From Eledone cirrhosa (taxonomy: Eukaryota), in NCBI GenBank assembly GCA_964016885.1, contig OZ024742.1:186744001-186808000 (forward strand): 64,000 nt of DNA. The letters run 5' to 3'. This document shows positions 37,134-50,170 of this stretch, piece after piece. Below the pieces are notes generated by a model. That model was not told the DNA's origin. It made no database searches and worked only from the letters and a program-made list of their open reading frames with translations. The first letter of the stretch is position 1. Every line of letters starts with the position of its first letter. The position numbers and the translations under genes were made by a program.

Positions 37134-37611
37134 CTAGCAGAGGTACCCGGCGTTGCTCGGATATTAAATAGTAGTTGTGTATACCATTTATGTCAATACA
37201 TCAGTGCTGCTTCGAAAACTATACTTTTACAAAATCATCGGCTTTTTCCAAAGGGGGTTCCTGCCCCCAGGGGTCCCCTACCCAATATGTGCCAATTCTG
37301 AGAGTTCACATTCATCTGTAGGACAAACGTAGCCCATGTGTCAAGTTTTGTAAAAATCGGTTGCGAACTCCAGAAGTTATGACGTTTTGTTGCATTGCAC
37401 TACAGTGCTTCAGTCGACTCCAAGGAAGTGTTTAAAGTGGTTAAAGGGGTTATCTGCCGGGGGGCCCTATAATCAATATCTGGAAAAATGACAGTGCCCA
37501 TGACCATCCGGAGTACATAAGTAACCTATGTCTTAAGTTTGGTGAAAATACTGTAGAAATGCATAAGGTTTATACATATGCGCGTGCGTTCGTGTGTGTG
37601 TGTGTGTGTGT

Positions 37612-37669
<58 letters not shown>

Positions 37670-38267
37670 TGTATGTATTTGTGTGTGCGTATGTATGTGT
37701 ATGTCCGTCGGGGCATACATATGTACTGGCCTAAATCTTCACTATTTACTTTTATTATTTTAATAACCTCTGTCATTTTCGTTTTCAATTTTATATACAT
37801 CATTCTTAAACTCCGGGGCTGGAAATCATTCTGTTATTTTAAATAGAATATTAGTCTAACGACTCCATTTATACCATAAACTTGGTCGTGTCTTTGCATG
37901 AAATTATTCTTCACGCTTTACATAACGACGTATTATCCTCGCTTTTTTCCCGTTCATTGCCAGGGAACGGCTTCACGAACCAAAATATTATCTTCCTGTT
38001 TTCGTTCGGTTGTAACGTTTCTCGAAATATTTACTTCTGCGTTCACAGATTACTCTCAGTTCAATTTGAATGGGAAATTCCTGTTTCATCGATTTTCTCC
38101 GTAACCATGGAAGCTTGTAGCTTGTAGCTTGAAAGTCGACCCAACGCCTCCTCGGGTCATTCTGCATAACTGTGTAAATTTTCGCTGCATTCCACCAAGC
38201 CGTTTCGACGTTTATCCGACTACACCTACATATACAACGCCCGACCACTTCCAATTTATATAGTAGA
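37134..38267 (-). mobile_element. Non-autonomous Helitron, both ends present
   Basis: Minus strand A|TCTACTATATAAA ... CCGAGCAACGCCGGG hairpin ... CTAG|T; internal (TG)n. Confidence 0.8.
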
Positions 38268-39235
38268 TTTGTTTATATATGAATGACAAAAAGAAAAGTA
38301 CAAAACTATACATGAATTGTTTCTACTAAACCTTCAATTTAAGACACAACCTACATATTTGATAGGGCTCCAGCTCACACCTTCTTCTTCTTCTTCTTCT
38401 TCTTCTTCTTCTTCTGGAACATTGGGTTGCGAGCCACCCCCACACAACGCCATGTTCTGATTCTGCTTTTCAACTCCACCGTGATGCACGGTGCGTCATG
38501 GTGTATCTAACCATTTTTTTAGGTCTTACTACGGCTGATTTCTTCCAGAGAGAAAGAAAGAGATGGAGAAAGGCAGAGAAGATTCATACCCGGAGGAATA
38601 ATAAAAAATGTTTACACTGCACATTTCATTTTTTCAAAGCTAAAGCTGCCGATCAGTAATTCAACTCCCTGAAAACTTTCAAATATATGCTGTTCTAGCA
38701 TGGATATTATGGTAAGGGGCAGCTGTCCACAAATAAGATTTACTTGCATATCCCCGCTCATATAAACACATAAATACATGCATAGATACATTACAGTTGA
38801 TATTTTTTTTTATTAAAGCGTTTTCATATTATATATATATATATATAGTGACGAGACATAAGTCAATTGCATGAACTCATAATCCTTTATTTACTGCTTT
38901 ATTTGTATAAAATTCTAAATAAGACAAAAGTATTAGAACAAGGGGAAATAACTCACCTAACGCGATAGTAAATAGTCCGTTTTGGCGCCCCAGGGACCCC
39001 GTCTATTTGCTTCCTTGGCACTTTTTACATAGGTGTGTAAATTTTCATGTCTACTACCACGTCTACTACCATTTAACCGTGCACAACTGAATTTCAACCA
39101 CCACCCATTTCACAAATATATATTAGATATATATATATATACACATATATAACGAAGGAGTTGTGGTAACGAACCAGATGGAGCATAACGCACCAGAGTA
39201 CTCAATACTTAGGGTAGTAGAGTGGGTAACTTTCT

Positions 39236-39327
<92 letters not shown>

Positions 39328-39756
39328 AGTTTTGTTTAAAACATCCGATAAAAAGCTTCAAATTATTTGCTTCGGAATTTTGAGATCTTAGTTCTAATGT
39401 TTTCCCTTCATCCTTTCGAGCTCGATAAACGAAGGTTTTCTTTTATCTCTCTTTCTAAGTTTTTCTGTGTATTTATCTGGAAGAAATCGGCTGTGTTCAG
39501 ACTTGGTGACATGTAGGAAATGGTCAACAGACAAGATATGTCATATGTTAGGAGTTTAGGAGTACTGGGATATATATAGAGAAAAGTTCACATTTTTGTC
39601 TGTAGTTTTCTTTCTCTCTCTCTTGGTGTTGGCCTAAGCTGTATCACTAATAATGGCGACACAGCTAAGCTCAACACCACGAGAAAAAAAAACATTTTTT
39701 TAACATATTCTTATTGTTCTTATTAATGTGCAATTTAATTGCATTAAACACTTTTG

Positions 39757-39792
39757 TCGCTTGAAGAAGCCTACAAGCTGAAACCGGTACGA
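39757..39792 (+). ncRNA. Minimal hammerhead-like motif in a probable PLE 3' remnant
   Basis: TCG-C-TTGAAGA-AGC-CTACAA-GCT-GAAA-CCGG-TA-CGA; AATAAA and (TA)n follow. Confidence 0.5.
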
Positions 39793-39895
39793 ATAATGCG
39801 GAAATTCCTAATTTGTAAATAAATGTTTTACTGTTATTCGTAGAGAAAATCCCTTTAGTATTTTCTACTTTTTTTCTTTTTTACTATTATATATA

Positions 39896-39953
<58 letters not shown>

Positions 39954-40289
39954 GTTATTCCGGGTTGAATCGGAGGTAACCACAGTAAGTAAGGTACTCA
40001 ATACATAGCAGAGTATAAAAGTTTTAATATAGATGAGATTCTACAGGACTAGAACTGTTTCATTCTTTAGAAATCATCAGGAATCTGGGTATCAAAAAAT
40101 AAAAATGGTATTTATAGGTCTCTACAAGTGGTAGGAATCAGATTCCTACCACTTGTAGAGACCTATAAATACCATTTTTATTTTTTGATACTCAGATTCC
40201 TGATGATTTCTAAAGAATGAAACAGTTCTAGTCCTGTAGAATCTCATCTATATTAAAACTTTTATACTCTGCTATGTATTGAGTACCTT
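39954..40289 (-). mobile_element. PLE 3'-end fold-back (family PB): 149-bp-arm palindrome with two hammerheads
   Basis: Arms 39991-40139 and 40141-40289, 1-nt centre, one mismatch seen; CTGATGA 40200-40206, GAAA-CAGTTCTAG-TC; abuts (TA)n. Confidence 0.88.
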
Positions 40290-41181
40290 GGGATAAAGAC
40301 AGTTACGTAAAGAACTGTTGAGAATTTCATTGCGTCATCAGGGAGATCTATTCTCAGCCAAGTCTCCAGGCAATGCGCGGACACTGGGGACTCATATAAA
40401 AATAATAATAATTCGGTAAATGGAACAGCTATCGAGGACTGGATTCCAGGCACTGGAAATACTCACTGCCACTGGTCAAATGGCCGATTCTAAAGAATCA
40501 ATCACGTGACACAGAGGCTAGTCAGTAGGAATGGGATGGTAAGATGACAGACGCCTACTAACACCCCCCAAAAATTTAGAAGTGGTTTTGGCAGGTTTGC
40601 TCGACAAATCAGTGATTTGGAGATAAATATAGATAATTTAATATATCTACTAACATAAGCGCACAGATGTACGCTAATGCCAGCAAATACACATGTTATG
40701 TCATAGTACCTAGGTGGTTCAATGCAGGAGGATGCAGAACAATAATATAAAAGACGTAAAATAAGAAAATTTTTTAAAAAAAATTTAAAAATAATTAACT
40801 TACTTAAATTTTCACTCCAACTAATTAGTTTCTGCAATGGGATAAAGACAGTTACGTAATGAACTGTTGAGAATTTCATTGCGTCATCAGGGAGATCTAT
40901 TCTCAGCCAAGTCTCCAGGCAATGCGCGGACACTGGGGACTCATATAAAAATAATAATAATTCGGTAAATGGAACAGCTATCGAGGACTAGATTCCAGGC
41001 ACTGAAAATACTCACTGCCACTGGTCAAATGGCCGATTCTAAAGAATCAATCACGTGACACAGAGGCTAGTCAGTAGGAATGGGATGGTAAGATGACAGA
41101 CGCCTACTAACACCCCCCAAAAATTTAGAAGTGGTTTTGGCAGGTTTGCTCGACAAATCAGTGATTTGGAGATAAATATAT
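40289..41181. repeat. ~343-bp near-identical direct repeat, period ~550 bp
   Basis: 40289-40631 repeated at 40838-41181. Confidence 0.93.
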
Positions 41182-41939
41182 ATATATATATATACATATA
41201 TGTATACGTATATATACACAATAGATAGAAAATGAGCCAAACAGATACGTAGAATGAAAAATGTTCACTTGATGAGGACAAGATATCGGTGAACATAGTA
41301 TGATGATATAGGTGGCGCCACTTACATGGAGATGTATGTGCAATAAGTGAAGACTTTGCTTTCCATGTATAAACTAGACGAATTTTAAAAGCAACAACAA
41401 AAAAAATAAAAAAAATAAATCAAACCCAAACAAAATCAAAACAAACAAAAAAAAAATAACCTCAAGGAATATCTTAATATATTTGTTGTTTGCATATCCT
41501 TTTAATTGAGAAGATATTCCTGTTATTGTTGTTGTTGCCGTATTCATTTTCCTCTGATCTACGCCATTAACATTTCATGGACTTATGCTCGGAAAGACAT
41601 AAAAGTTCATAACTAACAAACTAACTAACTAACAAACTAAATCAATCAATCAATTAATCGATCGATAAATAAATAGAACGTAATATGTAAATATAGAAAT
41701 AACTGAAATCAAAGAACTATAACAGCCCTTTAACATAGAAAACATCTAATGTAATGTATTCTAAGTTTGATTGAATGCATCAAAGATAAAAATTGCATTT
41801 CAGTTTAGTATGAAGTTTAGAAGAAGCCATGTCAACAACATCATCAATATCATCGTCACGTGATCACCAGCATTCCATTCCCTCGCCATCTTTGTTTTGT
41901 ATACTTCATATTTAAACTCTTTTTTTTTTCTCTCCCTCT

Positions 41940-42675
41940 TTCTCTTCCATATATATCAACATCATCATAATCATCATCATCATCATCATCATTATCATCA
42001 TCAGCAACTTGATAATCCGTTGACTCTCCCCCTTCTCTCTCCAACTTTTTCTTCCATATATATTATCATCATCATCATCTCGATAAGTAGTTGACTCTCC
42101 CCCTTATCTCTCCCTTTTCTTCCATATATATTATCATTACCATCATCATCTTGATAAGTAGTTGACTCTCCCCCTTCTCTCTCCCTTTTCTTCCATATAT
42201 ATTATCATCATCATCATCTTGATAAGTAGTTGACTCTCCCCTTCTCTCTCCCTTTTCTTCCATATATATTATCATCATCATCATCTCGATAAGTAGTTGA
42301 CTCTCCCCCTTCTCTCTCCCTTTTCTTCCATATATATTATCATCATCATCATCTTGATAAGTAGTTGACTCTCCCCTTCTCTCTCCCTTTTCTTCCATAT
42401 ATATTATCATCATCATCATCTTGATAAGTAGTTGACTCTCCCCCTTCTCTCTCCCTTTTCTTCCATATATATTATCATCATCATCATCTTGATAAGTAGT
42501 TGACTCTCCCCCTTCTCTCTCCCTTTTCTTCCATATATATTATCATGATCATGATCATCATCATCATCAACTTGATAAACCGTTGACTCTCTCCCCTTCT
42601 CTCCATCTTTTTCTTCCATATATATTATCATGATGATCATCATCATCAACGTGATAAGCAGTTGACTCTCCCCCA
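41940..42675. repeat. ~68-bp minisatellite, ~10 copies
   Basis: Unit TTGATAAGTAGTTGACTCTCCCCCTTCTCTCTCCCTTTTCTTCCATATATATT(ATC)n. Confidence 0.95.
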
Positions 42676-42949
42676 ACCAATGTTTCCTCTCCCGCATCAT
42701 CCTGTCATCACACTCATCTCTCTACTCACCAATATCATCATCGCAATAAAATAACAAAAGCAACATCAACAACATTAATAATAATAATGTTGATGATGAT
42801 AATAGTAATAGTAATGATGTTGATGATGATGGTAGTAATCTCCATTGTCATCGCAGTATTCACCATCATCTTTGCTGTATTCACCATCATCGACGTCTTC
42901 TTCTTCTTCGCAGTATTCACCATCATCGACGTCTTCTTCTTCTTCTTCT

Positions 42950-44070
42950 TCCACCACCACCCACAGCCACCCACCACCACTCACAGCCACACACCACCCA
43001 CAAACCACCCACCACCGCCAGCCACCCAACACAACCCATCACCCACCACCACCCACACCCCTTCCCCCATACCACCGCCCCTACCCTCGTCACCCAACAC
43101 CACCACCCACCACAATTACCACACACTACCACCACCACCACCACCCACCACCACCCACCGCTACCCACCACCACCTACCACCACCTACAACTACCACCTA
43201 CCACCACCCACCGCTCACCACCCACCACCCACCACCGCCTACTACCACCACCACCACCACCATCAACACCACCACCAACACTACCAACACCACCACCCAC
43301 CACCACCCAACGCTACCCACCACCACCATCAACACCACCACCAACACCACCAACACCACCACCCACCACCACCTACCACCACCTACCACCAGCCACCATC
43401 CACCACTACCTACCGCCACCCACCACCTACCACCGCCCACCACCTACCACCACCCACACCCCCAATAACATACCACCACCACCACCACCACCACCACCAC
43501 TACCACCAACCACCACCACCATCACCACCACCGCTACCTACAACACCCCACTGCCACCCACTACCAAAAGAGAAAGAGTTCACCGTAAGTCCTAATATTT
43601 TATATATATTTTGTGACATTTCTTTAGGTTCACATCCTCTCTCACAGTGAACCTTTCTTGGATGAAACGTCAACGAATCAATAAATCGATTAATTTAGAA
43701 TCAGCTAATAAATTACTTCCCACACTACCCCTTCCACCACTACAATCCACCCCACACACACCTTCATTACCTGCATAATGACTAGCACAACCACCTCTAT
43801 CGCCAACACGACTACCACTGCCACCTCCACTATGACTACCACTACCACCTGCACCATCTCCACCATGACTACCGCAACCACCTCTGTCTCCACCCCATGA
43901 CTACCACTGCCACCTGCATCACCACCACCATGACAACCACTACCACCTCCACCACCTCCACCATGAATACCGTTGCCACCTCCACCACCTACATCATTAC
44001 CACCACCACCACCACCACCACCACCACCACCACCATATCACCACCACCACAACTACACCCCACTACCTCC
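42950..44070. repeat. (CCA)n-rich low-complexity tracts
   Basis: Direct reading; 42950-43565 and 43730-44070. Confidence 0.9.
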
Positions 44071-44188
44071 AGAATATTCATATTAATTCTCATTGTCATT
44101 ACGATGGTGATGATGATGATTAATAATATGAAGATTTTGATCATCATCATCATCAGCATCATCATCATTATTATGTTCGTTATATCGA

Positions 44189-44360
44189 TGGATTGGCAGA
44201 ATCGGTGGAGAGTCGGACGCCATGCTTCGCGGAATATAGTTACGGATTTTTACGATCTGAGTATAAATCTCACCGAGGTTAGCTTTGTCTTTCATTTTTA
44301 CGGGGTCGACAAAATAAAGTACCAGTAATGTACTGAGATAATTGCTGGCCTTGTGCCAAA
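44189..44360 (+). mobile_element. tRNA-derived SINE (S1), tail missing
   Basis: Family homology; runs directly into Tx1 copy 1. Confidence 0.85.
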
Positions 44361-47300
44361 CACCAACAACTGTACCAACGAAAACAACAACAATGACACC
44401 GATACCTGTAATAGCGATCTCAGCACCACCAGTAAGACCAGTAGCGGCAGCAATAGTGGTGCTGCTGAAAAAGGGACCACTTCTTTTGCAGGTGTCGCCC
44501 GAAATATCGAGACAGTGTTAGTCACAGAGGAGGAGATGGCAGTCGCAAGGGTCATGGTGACAAAAAGCGCAAATAGTGTTTCCCTGAAACCTCCACCCGA
44601 TTTTTTCAAGGACCAGCAGCTACGGACGGTGACTTACCGCACCGTAAGCAAAATCTCACATCAAGTGGAGAGAGCCACGGAGGCTCAAATCCAAAATGCC
44701 TTGGGGTGCGTCTGGGCACGCAAAATCCACATCACCCGAGGCAGAAAGTACGCCACAGTAGACGTACTTTTCGCGACCCCCCAGGAAGCAAAGTCTCACT
44801 CCTTGGAAACCCTAAAGAGTGAGGAGATAGTCTTGGTGCCCTCCTACTGCGGGCAGAAAATTGTGAGGGTCAAAGTGACCCAGGTCCCACCCGACGTGCC
44901 CATACCTTGGCTGGCCGCGTCTGTCCTTGCTGGAATCAAGAACAGGACGACCATGCTGCAAGAAGAAAAAATAAGGAGAGAGAACTGGTCAGGTATAGGC
45001 ATGCAAATGCTTATACAAACTGACCAGGAACGTATCGACGCTATCCCCGATATCATAGACATCGAGGAAGGACTCCAACTCCCTATAAGTGTAGAAGGAA
45101 GACGGCCAAAATGTTATCTCTGTGGGTCGAAGGGTCACCTCAGGGCCTTTTGCCCGCAGAAGACAGCGAATAAGGCCCCTCTCCCTCCAATACCTGGTCC
45201 GCTGCCACCAAGAGCAGGGCAGGCAACAAACGAATAAGCCCCTCCACGGTGAGTAGGAGGGCAACGTACCAAGGCCACGGACAACTAAAGCAGCATCATG
45301 AGTAGCGGCAACACCAATAGCTACATTTGAAGTAGCTACACCAGCAACAAAATTGCCGAAGAGTGTCCACTACCACCACCAACAGACGTGGAGCACATAC
45401 CCCTCCCAGACTCCACAGAATCCGACATGGAGTCTGCCACAAAAACAAAAAAGAAAAAAACCCTTAGATTCACCCTCCAAAAGCAAGGCATATAAAGAGG
45501 GGTAAAGGCAGCAAGGAAACTTGCAGCAACACCACCACCATCAACACCACAAGCACCACTGACAACAACAACCACACCACCACCAGCATCACCAAAAACA
45601 CCAACAACGCAAACAAAAGACACAGACACTAAACAGCAACAAAATTACCCCTCCCCCCAAAAAGTACACAGCCATAAACATGGCCAAAAAGGAACTCATA
45701 CAATATATGAAGCAGCACACAGACATCACAGAAAAAAAACTACCACACCCACCAACACCAAGAACTCTCCCGAAAAACATAAGCATCATCGAAATCTCAA
45801 TTAACAGTACAAACCTTTAAAACAAAAATTCCCCAACGCAGTTGGAGACTTCAGAGGGTCGGTTACCAAGAGGATATACACTGACATCCTCTTAGAAACA
45901 CCCATGATCAGCGAAAGGGACGGTTCTACTGTCCCTTCACCACACGAACAAGGTAAGTGACCTTTTCTCACTTGCCCCGTTTCTCATCCAACATGGCCGT
46001 ACTCAGAATAGGCAGTATAAATGCACGTGGCCTGGGGTCATCTTGGAAGCAGGGTCACCTGCTCAACGACCTCAGGTCACTAAACATAGATGTGGTGGCC
46101 ATCAGTGAAACCAGAATCTCTGAAGCACAAGCCTTCGCACCGATCTTCGGCGGCTACGATGTATACGCACCTCCCAGCCGTCCAGGATCGGGGAGAGCGG
46201 TCGTCGTCTTTTTCGGAGAGGCTTGGATCTTGCGATACGGGCCATCTTCCTAGACCCAGAAGATAAGTCGGTGGTACTGGACGTGACCGGCAGTGAAGGC
46301 AATGCTTTCAGGCTAGTATCCGTCTACGCCCCAACGGGGCAGGACGGCCAGATTTCTTCAGACGTCTAGAGACCTTTCTTGGAACGTCCCGCTCTTTAGT
46401 GTTAGTGGGTGATCGGAACGGTATCTTGGATGCACGCTGGGATCGTGTGGGGCTAGTGGATAGGGGAGGAGGATGCAAGAGCCTCACCAACCTGCTCAGA
46501 CGTTGTGAATTGTCTGACAGGTATCGACTGGATCACCCAAATGTGCCAATGTGGACATGGACCAACCGCATCGTGTCATCCAGATCGTATCTCGATAGGG
46601 TATTCTGCAGAGAACTATATAATGCTAGTATAAGTTGTCCACAATTTAAAATAGTCGACTACACAGACCACAAATTTGTGATCTGTGAGATCGATATAGA
46701 CAGACTTCATAGACAAGGGCCTGGTTACTGGAAGCTGAACGCGTCTTTCCCGGCGCGCAAAGCATACAGAGACCGGATTATCGTATTAGTTAAGCGGCCG
46801 TTGACGGGAGCGATCGTCAACAACAGGTGGTGGTTCGCCCTGAAAAGGGCAATTAAAGCAGAGTTGATTAGGTTTAGCAAAGGAGTAGTGATAGAGGAAA
46901 ATAGAGTAGAGGGAGAGCTAGTCAGAAAGCTAGAAGAGGCGTTTAGGACAGGCATCCGACGTGCTTGCGGCGAGATTGGCACTCGACCAATTCTTCAACG
47001 CAAAACACGAAGGCTGCGTTGTCAGAGCTAGAGCGCCTGCTCTGAAACACGAGGGGGAAAAAGCCGTCGAATGGGCCTGAGAGGCAGAGGCGCGACGTGG
47101 AAACAAAGCCACAATTCGGTCTTTGTCTGACCAAAACGGGTGCGTGATGCTCGAACCCGAGCGGATGTGCGAGGCTTTTCAGCAGCACTTTGCTGAACTG
47201 TTCGGGAGCGGCGGCGGCCCGGATCGGGGCATAGACTTCAGTGCATACCTCGACGGACTGCATCGGATCTCGACGACCGCAGCACAGTTTTGCGAAAAGC

Positions 47301-49675
47301 CAATAACAGCCGGTGAAATACGGGAAGCCATGGCTAACTGCACAAGGGGTAAATCGCCAGGTTTGGATGGTCTGCCCTACGAGCTTTATGCATTTATGCC
47401 AGACTTGTTCGGTGACCTCTTGGCAGACGTCTACTGCAACTGGCAGCAGAACGGGAGCATTCCCGGTTTTGTGAGCCGGGGAGCGGTGGAGCTGCTGAGA
47501 GAAGACCCGAACAAGGAGGATGACATCGATAATTTCAGGCCCATAACCCTGCTAAGCACAGAGTTCAAGATTTTGGCCAAGGTGTTAGCAACGAAGTTGG
47601 CGCTTGTCGTCAAGGGTCTGGTGGGAGAGGCGCAGACATGCGCCATTCCGGACAGATCCATGCACGACAACCTCCACCTCATGCGATACATCATAGAGAG
47701 AGTGGTTAAGGAACCTGGCACGGGTGGGGGCCCTGATCAACTTGGTTCAATCCAAAGCATTCGATAGAGTCGACCATCGGTACCTGGCGGCGGTCCTCGA
47801 GTCAGCCGGTTTCGGGCCCGTTTTCAGGGGTTGGATCGCTGCGATGTACAGCGACATCTGCTCAGTTGTGAGGGTGAATGGTCACCTGTCGCAGCCGTTC
47901 AGTATCAGGCGCTCGGTCCGCCAGGGTTGTCCCCTCTCGTCCCTCTTGTACGTATTGGCTCTCGAGCCGTTACTGCACAAACTGGGGGAGATGAGAGGCG
48001 TCCCACGCGAACTAGGATGCGGGAAATCCGAGTCGGCTTACGCCGACGACATCACCTTGGCGGTGTCGAGCACCGTCCAGATGCTCGGCACCGCTATCAA
48101 GGAATACGAAGAAGCAAAGATAAACCAGGAAAAGTCGGTGGGCTTTCAGCTCGACAACTGAGAGGCAAGTCCATGCCGTCCGACAGCATCGTGGGGCGTT
48201 GGACGGACGGACCGGTTTAATTGCTCGGGGTCTGGTTCGGACCGGACCTCCAGATGGAGAAAAACTGGAGGAAGGTGACGAGCAAGGTGGCCTCCCTCAC
48301 CCATAAATGGGCCGAGAGGAGGTGGCGAATGCGTACATCGCATCCGTCATCTGCTACCGCCTCACCGTCGTCACTTGCCTCGGCCCAACTCTCTCCAAAA
48401 TGGACCGCCTCCTCTTCCGCTTTTTGTGGAAGGGACGCGCTCCCATGGTCAGACGACCCATCTGCTGTCAACACCGTTGCGTGGAGGACTGGACATGCCA
48501 TGGCTGATGACACGCAAACAGGCGCTGAGGCTGCGACATCTCTGGTGTTTCCGTGACGGTGAACAGGTGTGGTTGCCATTTGCCAGGCACGTTTTCCCAC
48601 AGCTCGTTTCCTTGACGGAGCTGCAGTCCTGGGTCAGGAAAAGACAGAGAGATAGCGCTTGGAAACTGGAATGTCTCCAAGCACTCACTGCCCTCTGCGA
48701 GCTAGGCACCAGTATCGGTAGGACATCCACCTCGGCGTTCTATAGAGGACTAGTGGAGGGGAAGAGCGACGACGTTCTCGGAGAGATCCTGGGCGTCGAA
48801 GAAGATCAGCTGTTTGCTCTCTTCCGGAGAACTTTCAGCCCTGGGCCTATGGATAACTTCCAAAAATCCCTGGCTTGGCAGTGCTACCGGGTAGCGTTGC
48901 CGGTTCAAGATAAGCTCTCCCGGCACGGAAGTGCCGTCAGCCGAGCCTGTCCGAGATGTGCGCAGAGCGACGAAACCGTCGTGCACGCACTCGTTCAGTG
49001 CTCGAGCATTGCTGACTTGTGGAGCTATGTCGAACAGTTGCTGTCGCGTGTAGGACAGATTCGGTTACCGAGTGAGTCCATTGTGCAGATGGTTTCGCCG
49101 TCTTCCTTCAAGGAGGAAGGGCAGGCGGTTTTCATCTGCCTGGTGGCCATGGCGAAAGAGATTCTATGGTGGATAAGGTTGAAAGGGTTGAAGACGTACA
49201 CTTTCCTCTTCGGCGAATCCTTAATTAACTCTTTCAAATTTCACTCGAAGAGGAAAATCAGGATGGAGAGGCAAGTGCTGCTTTCTAGCAAGTTTCTTGA
49301 AAGGTGGGTGAATGTAGCGAGAATGGTCCGAGTGAACGGGACCGCTCTGAATATACGTCTGTAGTTTGAGAAATGGAAAAATTGAGAGAGGGCGCTTGCC
49401 CTGGTGGTCAGGGTGGCCGTGGTCTTTTGTGTGGTTTTCGCCACGAGTAACCCTCGGAGGTTTCCCTCCTATTGGGGAATTTTTCATTGTTTCAATTTTC
49501 ATTTTTATTGTTTATATATATATGTTTCTATGTCTTTTTTTTCTTTTCTTATATAAATAATAAAAATATTTACACGCACAAAGCCCACATCGTACCGTCC
49601 TTTGGCGTCGGTAATGTCTTTTCTTTGATGTCAGCCCTTGTGGCCAATAAAGAAATCATTATTATTATTATTATT
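44361..49675 (+). mobile_element. L1/Tx1-clade non-LTR retrotransposon copy 1, 5'-truncated in ORF1, degenerate
   Basis: ORF1 with CYLCGSKGHLRAFC knuckle; ORF2 45993-49364 (APE, RT, CPRC..H..C) with frameshifts; AATAAA then (ATT)n. Confidence 0.95.
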
Positions 49676-49957
49676 GAGTATGTGTCTGTAAATTAAAGGT
49701 GGAAAACTGGGAGAGGGCAATGCCCTGGTGGTCAGGGCCACTGTGGTCTTTTAATGGTCCTTCTCCACAAATGTCCCTCGGAAGTCTCCCCCCAATTGGG
49801 GAATTTTTCTTTGTTATTTTATTTCAACCTCTGTTTTTTTACACGCAGAAATGCCCTTTTGTACCGTCCTGTATTGTCCTGTACTGTCCTTAATGTCTAC
49901 TTTATGTAAACCCTTGTGGTTAATAAAGAAAACATTATTATTATTATTATTATTATT
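49676..49957 (+). mobile_element. Tx1 3'-end fragment (copy-2 subfamily) between (ATT)n tracts
   Basis: Matches 55704-56000; has its own (ATT)n tail. Confidence 0.92.
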
Positions 49958-50170
49958 GAATGCCATGGTTGACGGAGGCTCGGCTCTGTAAGGTATAGTA
50001 ATTTTTAACCGTTAAAACAATTGTAAATTGTTTAAAACTTGAACCAAATTGTTGATAAAGACACCCTCCTCCTCGTGAGAGGGGTCTTTCTGTCCGTTAT
50101 TTGGCCCTTCGGGGTTAAATAACCAGTTATTGGGGTTTTGTACCCAAAATTTCATTTTAAACAAAAAAAC

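Noticed and set aside
38847-39114. Solo LTR between TA tracts
   Set aside because: Only a 4-5-bp imperfect terminal inverted repeat, with no TSD or second copy.
41940-42675. CRISPR-like array
   Set aside because: Units are contiguous with no unique spacers, there are no cas genes, and the context is eukaryotic.
42787-43650. 287-aa His/Pro-rich ORF and overlapping Thr-rich ORFs
   Set aside because: Translation artefacts of (CCA)n low-complexity DNA.
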